A model generated the notes under the pieces. That model ran no database searches, had not been told where the DNA came from, and saw nothing but the letters and a program-made list of their open reading frames with translations. This document shows, in pieces, positions 18,958 to 29,586 of a DNA stretch of 64,000 bases. The position numbers and the translations under genes are program-made. Location of the stretch: positions 713 to 64,712 of the forward strand of contig JAEDJS010000003.1 of NCBI GenBank assembly GCA_016296205.1, read 5' to 3'. How positions within the stretch are numbered: position 1 is the first letter of the stretch; every line of letters starts with the position of its first letter. Source of the DNA: Treponema sp. (lineage in GTDB: Bacteria; Spirochaetota; Spirochaetia; Treponematales; Treponemataceae).

Positions 18958-19653
18958 ATGACAGAAAAAACAGAAGAATTTGAATTGCTTTCAAATGAAA
19001 TTAACAAGTATCAAGTATTGGATCGGGAACAAGAAAGAGAACTTTTCATTGACTACAAAGAAAACGGAAACATGAAAGCCAGAGAAAAATTGGGTCACTG
19101 TAATCTTAGACTTGTTGTTAAAGCTGCTTCAAAATTTTGTAACATGGGTTTTGAAATGGATTACATGGATATGATTGCCTTCGGAATGGAAGGATTACTC
19201 CATGCCATTGATAAATTCGATTATAAAACCGGCAATCGACTGATTACATATTGCACACCATGGATTGAACAGTATATCCGCCGCAATTGTGAGCAGGAGA
19301 GAAAAAGAAAAATCAGCATGGTTTATATTGATGAACTGGAAGATGAAGAAAATTTTCGATACGACCAGATTCTTGACAGTTCAATTGAAGAGAAAAAATA
19401 TCTTTCACCGGAAGACCAACTGATGATTCGGCTAAGGGAAGAAGATGTTGATAAAGCTTTAAGACAGCTGCCAGAAGTTGAACAGAGAGTCCTTAGAGAA
19501 CGGTTTGGTTTTTATTCTGAGCCATGCACTTTGTCTGAAATCGGAAAAAAACTTGGTAAAAGCAAAGAAAGAATTCGTCAGTATGAATACCAGGCACTTT
19601 CCGATTTGCGAAGAAGTGAATGTTTGGAAGCACTAAAGTCTTATGCAGCTTAA
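18958..19653 (+). CDS. Small sigma-70 family RNA polymerase sigma factor (RpoD/RpoS-like regions 2 and 4)
   Basis: NLRLVV, GLLHAIDKFD, TLSEIGKKLGKSKERIRQ. Confidence 0.88.
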   Translation: MTEKTEEFELLSNEINKYQVLDREQERELFIDYKENGNMKAREKLGHCNLRLVVKAASKFCNMGFEMDYMDMIAFGMEGLLHAIDKFDYKTGNRLITYCTPWIEQYIRRNCEQERKRKISMVYIDELEDEENFRYDQILDSSIEEKKYLSPEDQLMIRLREEDVDKALRQLPEVEQRVLRERFGFYSEPCTLSEIGKKLGKSKERIRQYEYQALSDLRRSECLEALKSYAA

Positions 19654-19655
19654 AA

Positions 19656-20408
19656 CTATTTCTTTGCTACCAGAACCATTGTTTTAGCGTTCTGGTCGTA
19701 AGGATTGAGGTTATAGTCGCCATAAGCTTTTGCTTCTTTGAATCCGGCTTTGATTAATGTTTTGCAAAGTTCGGCAGCACTGTAGAGTCTTTGGGTAAAT
19801 TGATGTTCGATTCTTGTTCCATCTTCCTTTATGAGAATCCATTTAGAAACTAAACCTTCCCATGCTCCTTCTACGCTGAACTGTGTAAGACAAGTCATGC
19901 CGGCACGTTCAAACCATTCACCTTCGGTAAAATATAAAATGGCAGTTTCCCGGCTGGTACATTCCAGAATAAATGTTCCTCCATCGGAAAGGGAGTTACA
20001 AATGTTTTTGAGAATTTCGAAATCTTCTTCTTCTGTGTCGCAATAACCAAATGAAGTATACAAGTTGATGGCTGCATCAAATTTTGTCTGGGTTTTAAAA
20101 GTTCGTAAATCATGGTTGATCAGATTCAGAGTAACGCCTTCGTCGTCTGCAGTTTCTTTGGCGGCGTCCAGTTCACTTTGAATGATATCAACGCCTGTAA
20201 CATCTAAACCAAGAAGTGCAAGTTCAACAGAAATTCTTCCTGGACCACAACCGGCATCAAGAATTTTTGCTCCTTCCTTAAGGTTGCAGATTTTTTTTAC
20301 GCTTTGAGCAACGGGACCTGCTTCTGCCCAACGTTCCGCATCAAACATAATTGGTCCGTAGTTAATCCAAAAATCTTCTTTTTCAAACCATTGTTTTTTT
20401 TCTGACAT
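19656..20408 (-). CDS. Class I SAM-dependent methyltransferase
   Basis: ILDAGCGPGR, GVD, FDAAINLYTSFGY. Confidence 0.9.
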   Translation of the reverse strand: MSEKKQWFEKEDFWINYGPIMFDAERWAEAGPVAQSVKKICNLKEGAKILDAGCGPGRISVELALLGLDVTGVDIIQSELDAAKETADDEGVTLNLINHDLRTFKTQTKFDAAINLYTSFGYCDTEEEDFEILKNICNSLSDGGTFILECTSRETAILYFTEGEWFERAGMTCLTQFSVEGAWEGLVSKWILIKEDGTRIEHQFTQRLYSAAELCKTLIKAGFKEAKAYGDYNLNPYDQNAKTMVLVAKK

Positions 20409-20410
20409 TT

Positions 20411-21076
20411 TTATCCCTTTATTAAAACCAATTTTAAAATAGAATCAACCCAGCGGCTTAGAAAATTCATTGTAGAAATTGTTGTATTCTGGAAAAGCTG
20501 CAGTGGTTTGTCTAAAATTCCAGTAAAAAGCAAAATGACTAAAGCAAGAAAAAAATAACGTTCATATTTCATCAGTGAAAAATATTTTTCTTCGGGAAGA
20601 ATTAAAGAAAGAATTCTGGAACCGTCTAATGGAGGAATTGGAAGAAGATTAAAAATTGCGAGAGAAATATTAATAAGCGTAAAATACTGGAAACCAATAT
20701 AAAAATAAAAAAACAGTTGAACTGATTTTAGAACGTAAAAATAGTAGAAAATTTTTGCAAGACAAATAGCAATGTATGCAAGAATTAAATTACTTACAGG
20801 TCCAGCCAATGCGCTTAGTGCAAATCCAAGCTTTGGCTTTTTAAAATTTCTTGCATCAATTGGAACTGGTTTTCCCCATCCAAAACCAAGGAAAATCATT
20901 GCAAGAGCACCAGTATAAGTAAGGTGAGCAAATGGGTTTAAAGAAATTCTACCGTAATTTTTTCCTGTATCATCCCCTAATTTATGAGCAATCCAAGCGT
21001 GGGCAGTTTCGTGAATTGGGAAGCAGGTTAAGAGAATTACAATTCTAATTGCATACTTAATAATTTTATCAGTCAT
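20411..21076 (-). CDS. Site-2 protease (peptidase M50)
   Basis: HETAH (HExxH), AGPVSN, NLLPIPPLDG. Confidence 0.92.
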   Translation of the reverse strand: MTDKIIKYAIRIVILLTCFPIHETAHAWIAHKLGDDTGKNYGRISLNPFAHLTYTGALAMIFLGFGWGKPVPIDARNFKKPKLGFALSALAGPVSNLILAYIAICLAKIFYYFYVLKSVQLFFYFYIGFQYFTLINISLAIFNLLPIPPLDGSRILSLILPEEKYFSLMKYERYFFLALVILLFTGILDKPLQLFQNTTISTMNFLSRWVDSILKLVLIKG

Positions 21077-21122
21077 GCTAGGATTGTAACATATAATTTA
21101 ATTTTTGTGCTATAATTTAAAT

Positions 21123-22109
21123 ATGAATTATATTGATTTACATTTGCATCTGGATGGAAGCATTTCTTTAAAAACCGCAAGACAGCTGGCAGAAATAGAA
21201 AAAGTAGAATTACCTCAAAGTGATGAAGAACTTTTAAATCTTATGCAGTGCCCAAAAGATTGCAGAGATTTAAATGAATATCTTAAATGTTTTGAGCTTC
21301 CTGTTAGTTTGATGCAGAGTAAAGAATCATTAGAAATTGCTGCTCATAATTTATGTGCCGATCTTGCAGAAACTGGTTGTATTTATGCAGAAATTAGATT
21401 TGCTCCTCAACTTCATTGCAGAAAAGGTTTAAATCAGAAGCAGGTTGTTCAAAGTGTTTTAAAAGGATTAAAAAAGAGCTCAATCCCTGTAAATCTTATT
21501 TTATGCTGTATGCGTGGAAGCTGTCACAAAGAAAATAAGGAAACAATACAGCTGGTAAAAAAATTTCAGAGTAGAAAAGATTATTCTGTTGTGGCGGCGG
21601 ATTTGGCGGGTGCAGAAGCATTGTTCCCCAATGAAAATTTTTTGCAGGAATTTGGACTGGCTCAGAAATTGGGAATTAATTATGTAATTCATGCAGGAGA
21701 AGCCAGTGGCCCAGAAAGTGTAATCAGTGCGGCATGGATGGGAGCTTATCGAATTGGTCACGGTGTAAGAAGCATAGAAAATCAGGATGCAGTTAACACT
21801 CTTTTAGAAAAAGACATCACTCTTGAAATTTGCCCAACAAGTAATTTGCAAACAAAAATTTTTAATTCAATAGAAGAAATCCCAATTCCCCAGTTATTGC
21901 AGGCAGGTATAGAACTTACGATAAATAGTGACAATATGACTGTAAGCGGAACCAATGCCGGGCTTGAAATGGAAAAAGTGCTGAATACCTTTGTAGAACC
22001 GGAACATCGTCATGAAGTATACAAAGGATTTTTATTCAACGCACTGGAATCATCGTTTTGTAGTAATAAATTGTTTAATAAGTTATCTGAACAAATTCAA
22101 AATATGTAA
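21123..22109 (+). CDS. add: Adenosine deaminase
   Basis: DLHLHLDGS, YAEIRFAP, HAGE, RIGHG, EICPTSN; start placed at ATG 21123 after TGCTATAAT. Confidence 0.88.
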   Translation: MNYIDLHLHLDGSISLKTARQLAEIEKVELPQSDEELLNLMQCPKDCRDLNEYLKCFELPVSLMQSKESLEIAAHNLCADLAETGCIYAEIRFAPQLHCRKGLNQKQVVQSVLKGLKKSSIPVNLILCCMRGSCHKENKETIQLVKKFQSRKDYSVVAADLAGAEALFPNENFLQEFGLAQKLGINYVIHAGEASGPESVISAAWMGAYRIGHGVRSIENQDAVNTLLEKDITLEICPTSNLQTKIFNSIEEIPIPQLLQAGIELTINSDNMTVSGTNAGLEMEKVLNTFVEPEHRHEVYKGFLFNALESSFCSNKLFNKLSEQIQNM

Positions 22110-22170
22110 AAAAAAGCTCCTCAAAAAAGTTGAAGAGCTTGGGCTGGTTGTTTAAATAGAAATTAAACTC

Positions 22171-23295
22171 TTAGCAAAAAGGTTTGTCGATTTTGATAAC
22201 GCTGGTAAAATGATTATTATATTCCCGAACTTTGTCAAAAAGGAATTTTGTTAACTCAAAATCAGTAAGATTGCAGGAATAAGGTTTAATTGCATCAAAA
22301 ATAACATTTGTGTTGTTTTCACCTGGGACAATTCTTAAATCGTGAATTGAAATTTCCGGGTGTATTTTTTTTGCAACATCAGAAATATATTTTTTAACCT
22401 TTGCAACTTCTGGATTATTCAAATCAATTGGATCCATGTGAATAGATGACAGACAGTTAAATTTTGTGTCTAAAGCACATTCAGTCTGATCAATTATTTC
22501 GTGCAAATCAAAAATATCCTGATTCCCGGGAACTTCTGCATGAACAGTAATGAATAGACGACCAGGCCCATAATCGTGAACAATCAAATCGTGAATTCCA
22601 ATAATTGGTTTGTGGGTAAGGATTTCTTCTTCAATTGCTTTAACAAGTTCAGCATCTGGCGGAAGTCCAAGAAGTGGATCCATAGTTTCTTTTGTGCTTT
22701 GAATTCCATTCCACAAAACCAGGAGAGCAACAATAATTCCGGCAATTCCATCTAAAGGAATTTTTATATTAGGAAAAATTATAGTTACAATTACAATAGC
22801 AAGAACTGCACCAGTAGAAATCACATCACTTAAACTGTCTTTTGCAGTGGCAATTAAGGCCGGCGAATTGATTTTTTTTCCTGCAACTAAGTTCATTACA
22901 AACATAAAAATTTTAACAAGAATTGATGAAGTTAAAATAATAACTGTAACAAGACTTGTGTTTAATTCCTGAGGATTAATAATGGAATTTACTGCAGATT
23001 TTAAAAGTTCCCATCCCATTACAAGAATCAGGAAAGAAACAATCAAGCCTGCAATGTATTCCAATCTACCGTGGCCATAAGGGTGTTCTCTGTCTGGTGA
23101 TTTTGAAGAAAGTTTAAAACCCAGAATACTGATGATTGAAGCAGCGGCATCACTTAAATTGTTAAATGCATCGGCAATTACGGCAACACTTTTGCTTAAT
23201 AATCCGGCAATAAATTTCCCAGCAAAAAGTAAAATGTTCAGAAAAATTCCTACAGCACTTGTAATGATGCCAACTTTCTGTCTGTTTTCACTCAT
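22171..23295 (-). CDS. Cation diffusion facilitator transporter
   Basis: ADAFNNLSD, HPYGHGRLEY, HDLIVHDYGPG. Confidence 0.92.
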   Translation of the reverse strand: MSENRQKVGIITSAVGIFLNILLFAGKFIAGLLSKSVAVIADAFNNLSDAAASIISILGFKLSSKSPDREHPYGHGRLEYIAGLIVSFLILVMGWELLKSAVNSIINPQELNTSLVTVIILTSSILVKIFMFVMNLVAGKKINSPALIATAKDSLSDVISTGAVLAIVIVTIIFPNIKIPLDGIAGIIVALLVLWNGIQSTKETMDPLLGLPPDAELVKAIEEEILTHKPIIGIHDLIVHDYGPGRLFITVHAEVPGNQDIFDLHEIIDQTECALDTKFNCLSSIHMDPIDLNNPEVAKVKKYISDVAKKIHPEISIHDLRIVPGENNTNVIFDAIKPYSCNLTDFELTKFLFDKVREYNNHFTSVIKIDKPFC

Positions 23296-23297
23296 TT

Positions 23298-24311
23298 TTA
23301 ATTACCAACCTGTTCTGCAAATATGCTATTCTGTTTGAGTTCGTAGTTGATTGAACTGAGTGCATCCTCAGCTCTAAGATCACCAGTTTTTATGTACAAT
23401 TCTTTCATCATGTCACGGGCTTCAAGAAGATTGCCAACGGCCTGCTGAAGTAAAATATAATTGTATCTTGATTCAAAAGAACCTGTTGTTTCGTAATAAG
23501 AATCATACATTGCAGATGCTGTTTCCAGGTTGCCTTTTTTTGCAATCTTGTTTGCTTGTTTTAAAACATCTGATTTGTCTGTGAGAAGATTAAGTGTATA
23601 AGTAATCTGATAAGGCTGGAGTTTATGGAGAATGTCTGAAGAAATAGAGTTGAATTTTGATTCACATATTTCTAAAGCAGATGGCAGTGAACGTTTTGTT
23701 GAATATTCACCGGAGGAAGTTGAATAATTGTAGCTGTTTGATCCAAGAATTTTTCCAGTTGAAGATTCAATAATTTCGTAGCGGAATTTAAAATCAACTG
23801 TAAGCTTATAATATTTTTCGTAAACAGTTTTATAAATTGTTCTGCCCTGAGAATCTTTGCGGCCACTGTCTACAGAAGTTTGTTTTTCGATTGGAACAAC
23901 CGACGAATTAAAATTCGTGAATCTTCCTGCGCAGTAAACATCAGCTGGATTTTGAATCCCATTTTTGAGGGCATTTTTAACGCTTTGTGAATTAACAACG
24001 GATATATAGTTTGAATTTGCAAGTCCGTTTTCTAAAGTTTCTGTAAGATAATTTGCACAGGCTTTTTCTTCTGTTGAATCAACTCCCGCAAGAATATCAA
24101 GCAATTCAAGGATAATTGCAGCTCCGTGTTCATAATCAACTTCTGCAGCATCTGTTGTCTGAACTGGAAGAATTGCCATTGTTTTAGCACCTTTAATATC
24201 AAGTTCAGCAGGACGCATTGTTGTTACAGGGATTTTTGTTGCACAACTAGCAAATAAAATTGCACTTGAAATAATAGCTGTAACTGATTTTGAAAACTGT
24301 TTGATTTTCAT
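23298..24311 (-). CDS. Lipoprotein of unknown function (CsgG-like N-domain and TPR-like C-terminus, tentative)
   Basis: Signal peptide with LFASC lipobox; RPAELD motif; helical C-terminus; AAGGAG SD. Confidence 0.6.
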   Translation of the reverse strand: MKIKQFSKSVTAIISSAILFASCATKIPVTTMRPAELDIKGAKTMAILPVQTTDAAEVDYEHGAAIILELLDILAGVDSTEEKACANYLTETLENGLANSNYISVVNSQSVKNALKNGIQNPADVYCAGRFTNFNSSVVPIEKQTSVDSGRKDSQGRTIYKTVYEKYYKLTVDFKFRYEIIESSTGKILGSNSYNYSTSSGEYSTKRSLPSALEICESKFNSISSDILHKLQPYQITYTLNLLTDKSDVLKQANKIAKKGNLETASAMYDSYYETTGSFESRYNYILLQQAVGNLLEARDMMKELYIKTGDLRAEDALSSINYELKQNSIFAEQVGN

Positions 24312-24365
24312 TTTTCTCCTTCGACTAATTATTATATCACAAAATATAGAATTTTCAATGTAATG

Positions 24366-25766
24366 TTACTGTTCCTGAATTTGAGAGCTGCTCATTTTTT
24401 TGAATTCAACTAAAATAAAATAGAGGACTACAAGAAATGAGATAAAGTCGGCAATTGGTCCAGTCCATAAAATTCCTTCGAAGCCCATAAAAAGTGGAAG
24501 GGTCAAAAGCAGTGGAATAAAAAATATTACTTGTCTTGTTAACGAAAGCATTGCGCCCTTAATTGCTTTACCTGTTGAAGAAAAAAAGTTTGCACTTAAC
24601 ATCTGGAATGCTCCAAGAGGTAAAAGACAAAGGAAGATTCTCATAAAGTGAATTGAATATTTTACGTAGTTTTCATCGCCGCTGCCAAAAAGTCCAATTA
24701 CTCCCCGAGGGTAAACTTCAAAAATGATTAAAGCAGAAATTGTGATAACGGCGGCAAATTTAACGGCCAGCAGAAAAGCCTGTTTAACTCTGTCAAAATT
24801 TCTGGCACCATAGTTGAATCCAAGAATAGGCTGCAAACCTTGATTAAGCCCGATGATTACAGAAATAACAATTGCATTGATTTTCATAACGATTCCTGTT
24901 CCGGCCAGAGGGATTGATGAACCGTATGCACTTTGATTTCCATAATGAACAAGACTTAAATTCATTGTAACCTGAACAAGAGTAATTGCCAGCTGAGTAA
25001 GTCCGGGGCTCATTCCCATTTTGATTGTAGTTAAAGTTTCCTTAATGCTGAATTTAAAATATTCTGGTTTTAGCGATACCCGTTTGAATTGCCACATATA
25101 AGTTAATGCTGCAATAAATGAAACAATTTGACCAATTACAGTAGCAATAGCGGCACCTTTTACACCCATGTGGAAAACAAAAATCATTATAGGATCAAGA
25201 ATTGTGTTTAATATACAGCCGATTAACATAGTCATCATTGAATAAGTTGGAGAGCCGTCTGCCATTGTTAGTTTTGAAATACCGTTTTGAAGCATTACAA
25301 ATGGCATTCCGATGGCAGTGATTTTTGTGTATTCAATTGCATATTCAAGGATTTCGTCTGTGGCACCAAAAAGTTTTAGAAGAGGTTGACAGAATATTTC
25401 AACAAGAATCATGTATGCAACGCCAAAAATTGTCATCATAACAATTCCAGAACCTACAACTTTTGCAGCATCTTCTTCTTTTTTCTGGCCAAGATAAATA
25501 GAAAACCTTGTAGCACTACCAATTCCAAGGGTGAGCATAATTGCAATGCAGATTGTATTTAAAGGGAAAGCAACATTGGTGGCCGCATTTCCAAGATATC
25601 CAACGCCGTGGCCTATAAAAATTTGATCAACTACGTTATAAAGACTTGAAACAACCATGGCGATTATAGCAGGAAGTGCAAATTTAAACAAAAGAACCGG
25701 CATTCTTTCCCAGCCAAGTGGATTGCCGTTGTGAGAATTTGAATTATTACCAGATAAGTTTTTCAT
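24366..25766 (-). CDS. MATE family efflux transporter
   Basis: FALPAI, YNVVDQIFIG, NTILDP, QPILGFNYGA. Confidence 0.93.
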   Translation of the reverse strand: MKNLSGNNSNSHNGNPLGWERMPVLLFKFALPAIIAMVVSSLYNVVDQIFIGHGVGYLGNAATNVAFPLNTICIAIMLTLGIGSATRFSIYLGQKKEEDAAKVVGSGIVMMTIFGVAYMILVEIFCQPLLKLFGATDEILEYAIEYTKITAIGMPFVMLQNGISKLTMADGSPTYSMMTMLIGCILNTILDPIMIFVFHMGVKGAAIATVIGQIVSFIAALTYMWQFKRVSLKPEYFKFSIKETLTTIKMGMSPGLTQLAITLVQVTMNLSLVHYGNQSAYGSSIPLAGTGIVMKINAIVISVIIGLNQGLQPILGFNYGARNFDRVKQAFLLAVKFAAVITISALIIFEVYPRGVIGLFGSGDENYVKYSIHFMRIFLCLLPLGAFQMLSANFFSSTGKAIKGAMLSLTRQVIFFIPLLLTLPLFMGFEGILWTGPIADFISFLVVLYFILVEFKKMSSSQIQEQ

Positions 25767-25893
25767 ATGAAAATTAGTTTATCAAAATGTAAAAAATATA
25801 TCAAACACGGAATTTTTTTGAAATTTATTTGTGTTTAATTGTTGTATTTAAAGGTAGAAAATAGTATAATAATTAATCAGAAAAGATTGGGAG

Positions 25894-25909
25894 ACACTAT
25901 ATATAGTGG
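25894..25909. promoter_or_regulatory. Palindromic operator matching the NrdR-box consensus
   Basis: ACACTATATATAGTGG, downstream of TATAAT (25865-25870) in the pflB leader. Confidence 0.5.
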
Positions 25910-25972
25910 TATGATTCTATAGTCATAACAATTGTATTCAGGGTTAACCCATAAATTATAGGAGGTTTTTCT

Positions 25973-28315
25973 ATGGAAATGAGACCAGAATGGGCAGGAT
26001 TTAATCCTAAAGGTTTATGGACAAGCGAAGTAAACGTTCGTGACTTTATCCAGGCAAACTACACACAGTATGCAGGCGATGAATCATTTTTGGCAGGACC
26101 AACAGATGCAACAAAGAAGCTTTTTGATGAACTTCAGAAGCTTCAGCGTGCAGAATACACAAAAAAATCTGTAGGTCTTGATGGTAAGGAACGCTCAGGT
26201 GTTCTTGATATGGATACAGATATTGTATCTTCTATTACATCACACAAACCAGGTTATATTTGTGAAGAAGGCAAAGAGCTTGAACAGGTTGTAGGTCTGC
26301 AGACAGATAAACCACTTAAAAGAGCATTTATGCCTTTCGGTGGAATCACCATGGCTGAAAAGTCAACAAACATGTACGGCTATGAATCAAACGAAGAACT
26401 CCACAAAATATTTACAAAATATCACAAAACACACAATGACGCTGTTTTTGATGTTTACACTCCAGAAATGCGTAAAGCACGTTCTGCACACCTTTTAACA
26501 GGTTTGCCAGATACTTATGGACGTGGACGTATCGTTGGTGACTACCGCCGTGTTGCTCTTTATGGTATTGATTACCTTATTAAATGCAAGGAACAGGACA
26601 AACTCAATTGCGGTAACGGAACAATGACAGAAGCTGTTATCCGTCAGAGAGAAGAAATTTCAGAACAGATTAAATGTCTTAAACAGATGAAAGAAATGGC
26701 TGCTTCTTATGGTTATGACATTTCTAAACCAGCAAAGACAGCAAAAGAAGCTTTCCAGTGGTTGTATTTTGGTTACCTTTCTGCAATCAAAACACAGAAC
26801 GGTGCTGCTATGTCTGTTGGACGTATTTCTACATTCCTTGACATTTACATTGAACGTGATATTAAGAATGGTACACTTACAGAAGCTCAGGCTCAGGAAT
26901 TGGTTGACCACATCGTTATGAAGTTCCGCATGGTTCGTTTTGCTCGTATCGAAAGCTACAACCAGCTCTTCTCCGGCGACCCAGTTTGGGCAACTCTCGA
27001 AGTTGGTGGACTTGGACAGGATGGTCGTGACATGGTTACAAAGAACGACTACCGCTTCCTCCACACATTGGAAAACATGAGCCCTTCTCCAGAGCCAAAT
27101 ATTACAGTTCTCTATTCAAAGAGACTCCCAGAAAACTTCCGCAAATACTGTGCAAAGATTTCTATTGATACATCATCTATCCAGTACGAAAACGACGACA
27201 TCATGCGTCCAATCTGGGGTGATGACTACTCAATCTGTTGTTGTGTTTCTGCAACACAGACTGGTAAAGAAATGCAGTTCTTTGGTGCTCGTGCAAACTT
27301 GGCAAAAGCTCTCCTTTACGCAATCAACGGTGGCCGTGATGAAGAAGGTGGTCTTACACCAGGTGTTCAGGTTGGTCCAGAATTGGCTCCAATCACTTCT
27401 GAATATCTTGACTACAATGAAGTTATGCGCAAATACGATGCTATGTTGGAATGGCTTGCAGCTCTCTATGTAAACACATTGAATGCAATTCACTACATGC
27501 ACGATAAATACTACTACGAAGCTGCAGAACTTGCTCTTATTGATACAGATGTTCGCCGTACATTCGCAACAGGTATCGCAGGTTTCTCTCACGTTGTTGA
27601 CTCACTTTCTGCTATTAAATATGCAAAAGTTAAAGTTATCCGTGGCGATGTAGAAGTTAAGGACAAGAAAACAGGTGAAGTTATTGAAGTTGTTAAGGGC
27701 TTGGCAAAAGACTTCGAAATTGAAGGCGACTTCCCACGCTATGGTCAGGATGATGACAGAGCAGACGAAATTGCTGTATGGCTCCTTAAAACATTTATGG
27801 CAAAGATTAAGAAACAGCCAACATACCGCAATGCAGAACCATCAACATCTATCCTTACAATTACATCAAACGTTGTATACGGTAAGGCTACAGGTGCTCT
27901 CCCAGATGGACGCAAAGCAAAAGAACCATTCTCACCAGGTGCTAACCCATCTTACGGTGCAGAAACAAAGGGTCTCATAAAATCTTTGAACTCTGTAGCA
28001 AAAGTACCTTACAAATATGCTTTGGACGGTATTTCAAATACACAGACAATCAACCCATCTGCTCTTGGTCACGATAAAGATGAACAGATTGCAAACCTTG
28101 TAAACGTTATGGACGGTTACTTTGACAAAGGTGCACACCACTTGAACGTAAACGTATTCGGCGTAGAAAAACTCAAGGATTGTCAGGCTCATCCAGATAA
28201 ACCAGAATATGCAAACTTTACAGTTCGTGTTTCTGGCTATGCTGTACGCTTTATCAACCTTACAAAGGAACAGCAGGACGACGTTATTGCTCGTACTTGT
28301 CACGCAAGCTTGTAA
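25973..28315 (+). CDS. pflB: Pyruvate formate-lyase (formate C-acetyltransferase)
   Basis: [17 protein letters not shown] active-site cysteines, VRVSGY glycyl-radical motif; GGAGG SD. Confidence 0.97.
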   Translation: MEMRPEWAGFNPKGLWTSEVNVRDFIQANYTQYAGDESFLAGPTDATKKLFDELQKLQRAEYTKKSVGLDGKERSGVLDMDTDIVSSITSHKPGYICEEGKELEQVVGLQTDKPLKRAFMPFGGITMAEKSTNMYGYESNEELHKIFTKYHKTHNDAVFDVYTPEMRKARSAHLLTGLPDTYGRGRIVGDYRRVALYGIDYLIKCKEQDKLNCGNGTMTEAVIRQREEISEQIKCLKQMKEMAASYGYDISKPAKTAKEAFQWLYFGYLSAIKTQNGAAMSVGRISTFLDIYIERDIKNGTLTEAQAQELVDHIVMKFRMVRFARIESYNQLFSGDPVWATLEVGGLGQDGRDMVTKNDYRFLHTLENMSPSPEPNITVLYSKRLPENFRKYCAKISIDTSSIQYENDDIMRPIWGDDYSICCCVSATQTGKEMQFFGARANLAKALLYAINGGRDEEGGLTPGVQVGPELAPITSEYLDYNEVMRKYDAMLEWLAALYVNTLNAIHYMHDKYYYEAAELALIDTDVRRTFATGIAGFSHVVDSLSAIKYAKVKVIRGDVEVKDKKTGEVIEVVKGLAKDFEIEGDFPRYGQDDDRADEIAVWLLKTFMAKIKKQPTYRNAEPSTSILTITSNVVYGKATGALPDGRKAKEPFSPGANPSYGAETKGLIKSLNSVAKVPYKYALDGISNTQTINPSALGHDKDEQIANLVNVMDGYFDKGAHHLNVNVFGVEKLKDCQAHPDKPEYANFTVRVSGYAVRFINLTKEQQDDVIARTCHASL

Positions 28316-28372
28316 GATTAAAAAAGTGGGGTAATCATCAATTTTGATTCTTCACTTTAAGTTTAAACTATA

Positions 28373-28409
28373 ACCGGTGGTTAGGTCTCCTGATCACCGG
28401 TATTTTTTT
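28373..28409 (+). terminator. Intrinsic terminator after pflB
   Basis: ACCGGTGGTTAGG-TCT-CCTGATCACCGGT followed by a T run. Confidence 0.8.
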
Positions 28410-28443
28410 GCTAAATTCAATTTATTATGTTATAATCAGAATT

Positions 28444-29586
28444 ATGAGAGTATTAATTTTATCATGCAATACAGGTGGTGGTCACAATTCGGCCGCTAAA
28501 GCAATTCAAGAGGTTTTGAATACTCGCAATGATCAGGCACAAATGAAGGATACTTTGGCTTTTACTTCAAAGGCTTTTAGTAATATTATTTGTGATACTT
28601 ATGTTGGATTGGTTAAGCATACGCCAAAATTGTTTGGATTGCTCTATAATTCAAATAAAAAAATCACTTATGATAAGAAAGTGCATTCTGTGAGTTATCA
28701 GGGAAATGTGGTGGGTTCCAAAAAAATTGCTGAATATATAAAAGACGAAAAAATTGATGCAGTAATTTGCACACATTTTATGGCAGCCCAGGCTTTGAAT
28801 CATCTGGTTAAGCATAAAAAAGTTTCGGTGCCGTTTTTCTTTGTTGCAACAGATTACAGTATTACACCAATGCTTGAAGAAGCTCCACTTGTGTCTAAAA
28901 TTTTCTGCCCTCATTTTGACAGCGTTTACACTTATCTGAATAAGGGAATCCCGGAAGACAAGTTGATTTGTACAGGAATTCCAGTTAGTAAAGTGTTTCT
29001 TGAACCAAAAGACCGTGAAGGTGCACGTAAAAAGTTTGGAATTGGCACAGATGAAAAAGCAATTCTTGTTATGACGGGAAGCATGGGTTTTGGTGACAGC
29101 CAGATTATAGTTCAACAATTATTAAAGCGAAGTGATGAAAAAACTCGAGTAGTTCTTATCTGCGGAAACAATAAAAAACTTTATGAAAAAGTTCAAAAAA
29201 CTCTTGGAAATGATAAACGATTGATTCTTGTTGGATTCACAAACGAAGTTTCTGCTTACATGGATGCCTGTGATATTATTTTAACAAAACCAGGTGGACT
29301 TTCTAGCACAGAAGCTCTTGTAAAAGGCATCCCGATTGTGCATACTTCACCAATTCCTGGTTGCGAAACAGAAAATGCAGATTTTTTTATGGGACATCAT
29401 TTTAGTTTGTGCGCTCACACAACAATGGAAGTAGTAGAAGAAAGTTTAAGGCTTTTAAGAGACGATTTTCTGCGCAAACAGATTATTGAAGCTCAGAAGC
29501 ATTTCCGTTTAGATTATTCTGCACAGAAAATCGTTTATTGTGTTCATGAGTATCTTGTTGATAACGGATACATTACAAAGGAATAA
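28444..29586 (+). CDS. GT28 diacylglycerol glycosyltransferase (MGDG synthase/UgtP-like)
   Basis: TGGGHNSAA, ICTH, TDY, TGIPV, TKPGGLSSTEA, IPGCE; start ATG 28444 after TTGCTA-17-TATAAT. Confidence 0.88.
   Translation: MRVLILSCNTGGGHNSAAKAIQEVLNTRNDQAQMKDTLAFTSKAFSNIICDTYVGLVKHTPKLFGLLYNSNKKITYDKKVHSVSYQGNVVGSKKIAEYIKDEKIDAVICTHFMAAQALNHLVKHKKVSVPFFFVATDYSITPMLEEAPLVSKIFCPHFDSVYTYLNKGIPEDKLICTGIPVSKVFLEPKDREGARKKFGIGTDEKAILVMTGSMGFGDSQIIVQQLLKRSDEKTRVVLICGNNKKLYEKVQKTLGNDKRLILVGFTNEVSAYMDACDIILTKPGGLSSTEALVKGIPIVHTSPIPGCETENADFFMGHHFSLCAHTTMEVVEESLRLLRDDFLRKQIIEAQKHFRLDYSAQKIVYCVHEYLVDNGYITKE

Noticed and set aside
25910..25927. Rex operator upstream of pflB
   Set aside because: Arm sequence and spacing do not fit TTGTGAA-N4-TTCACAA well.
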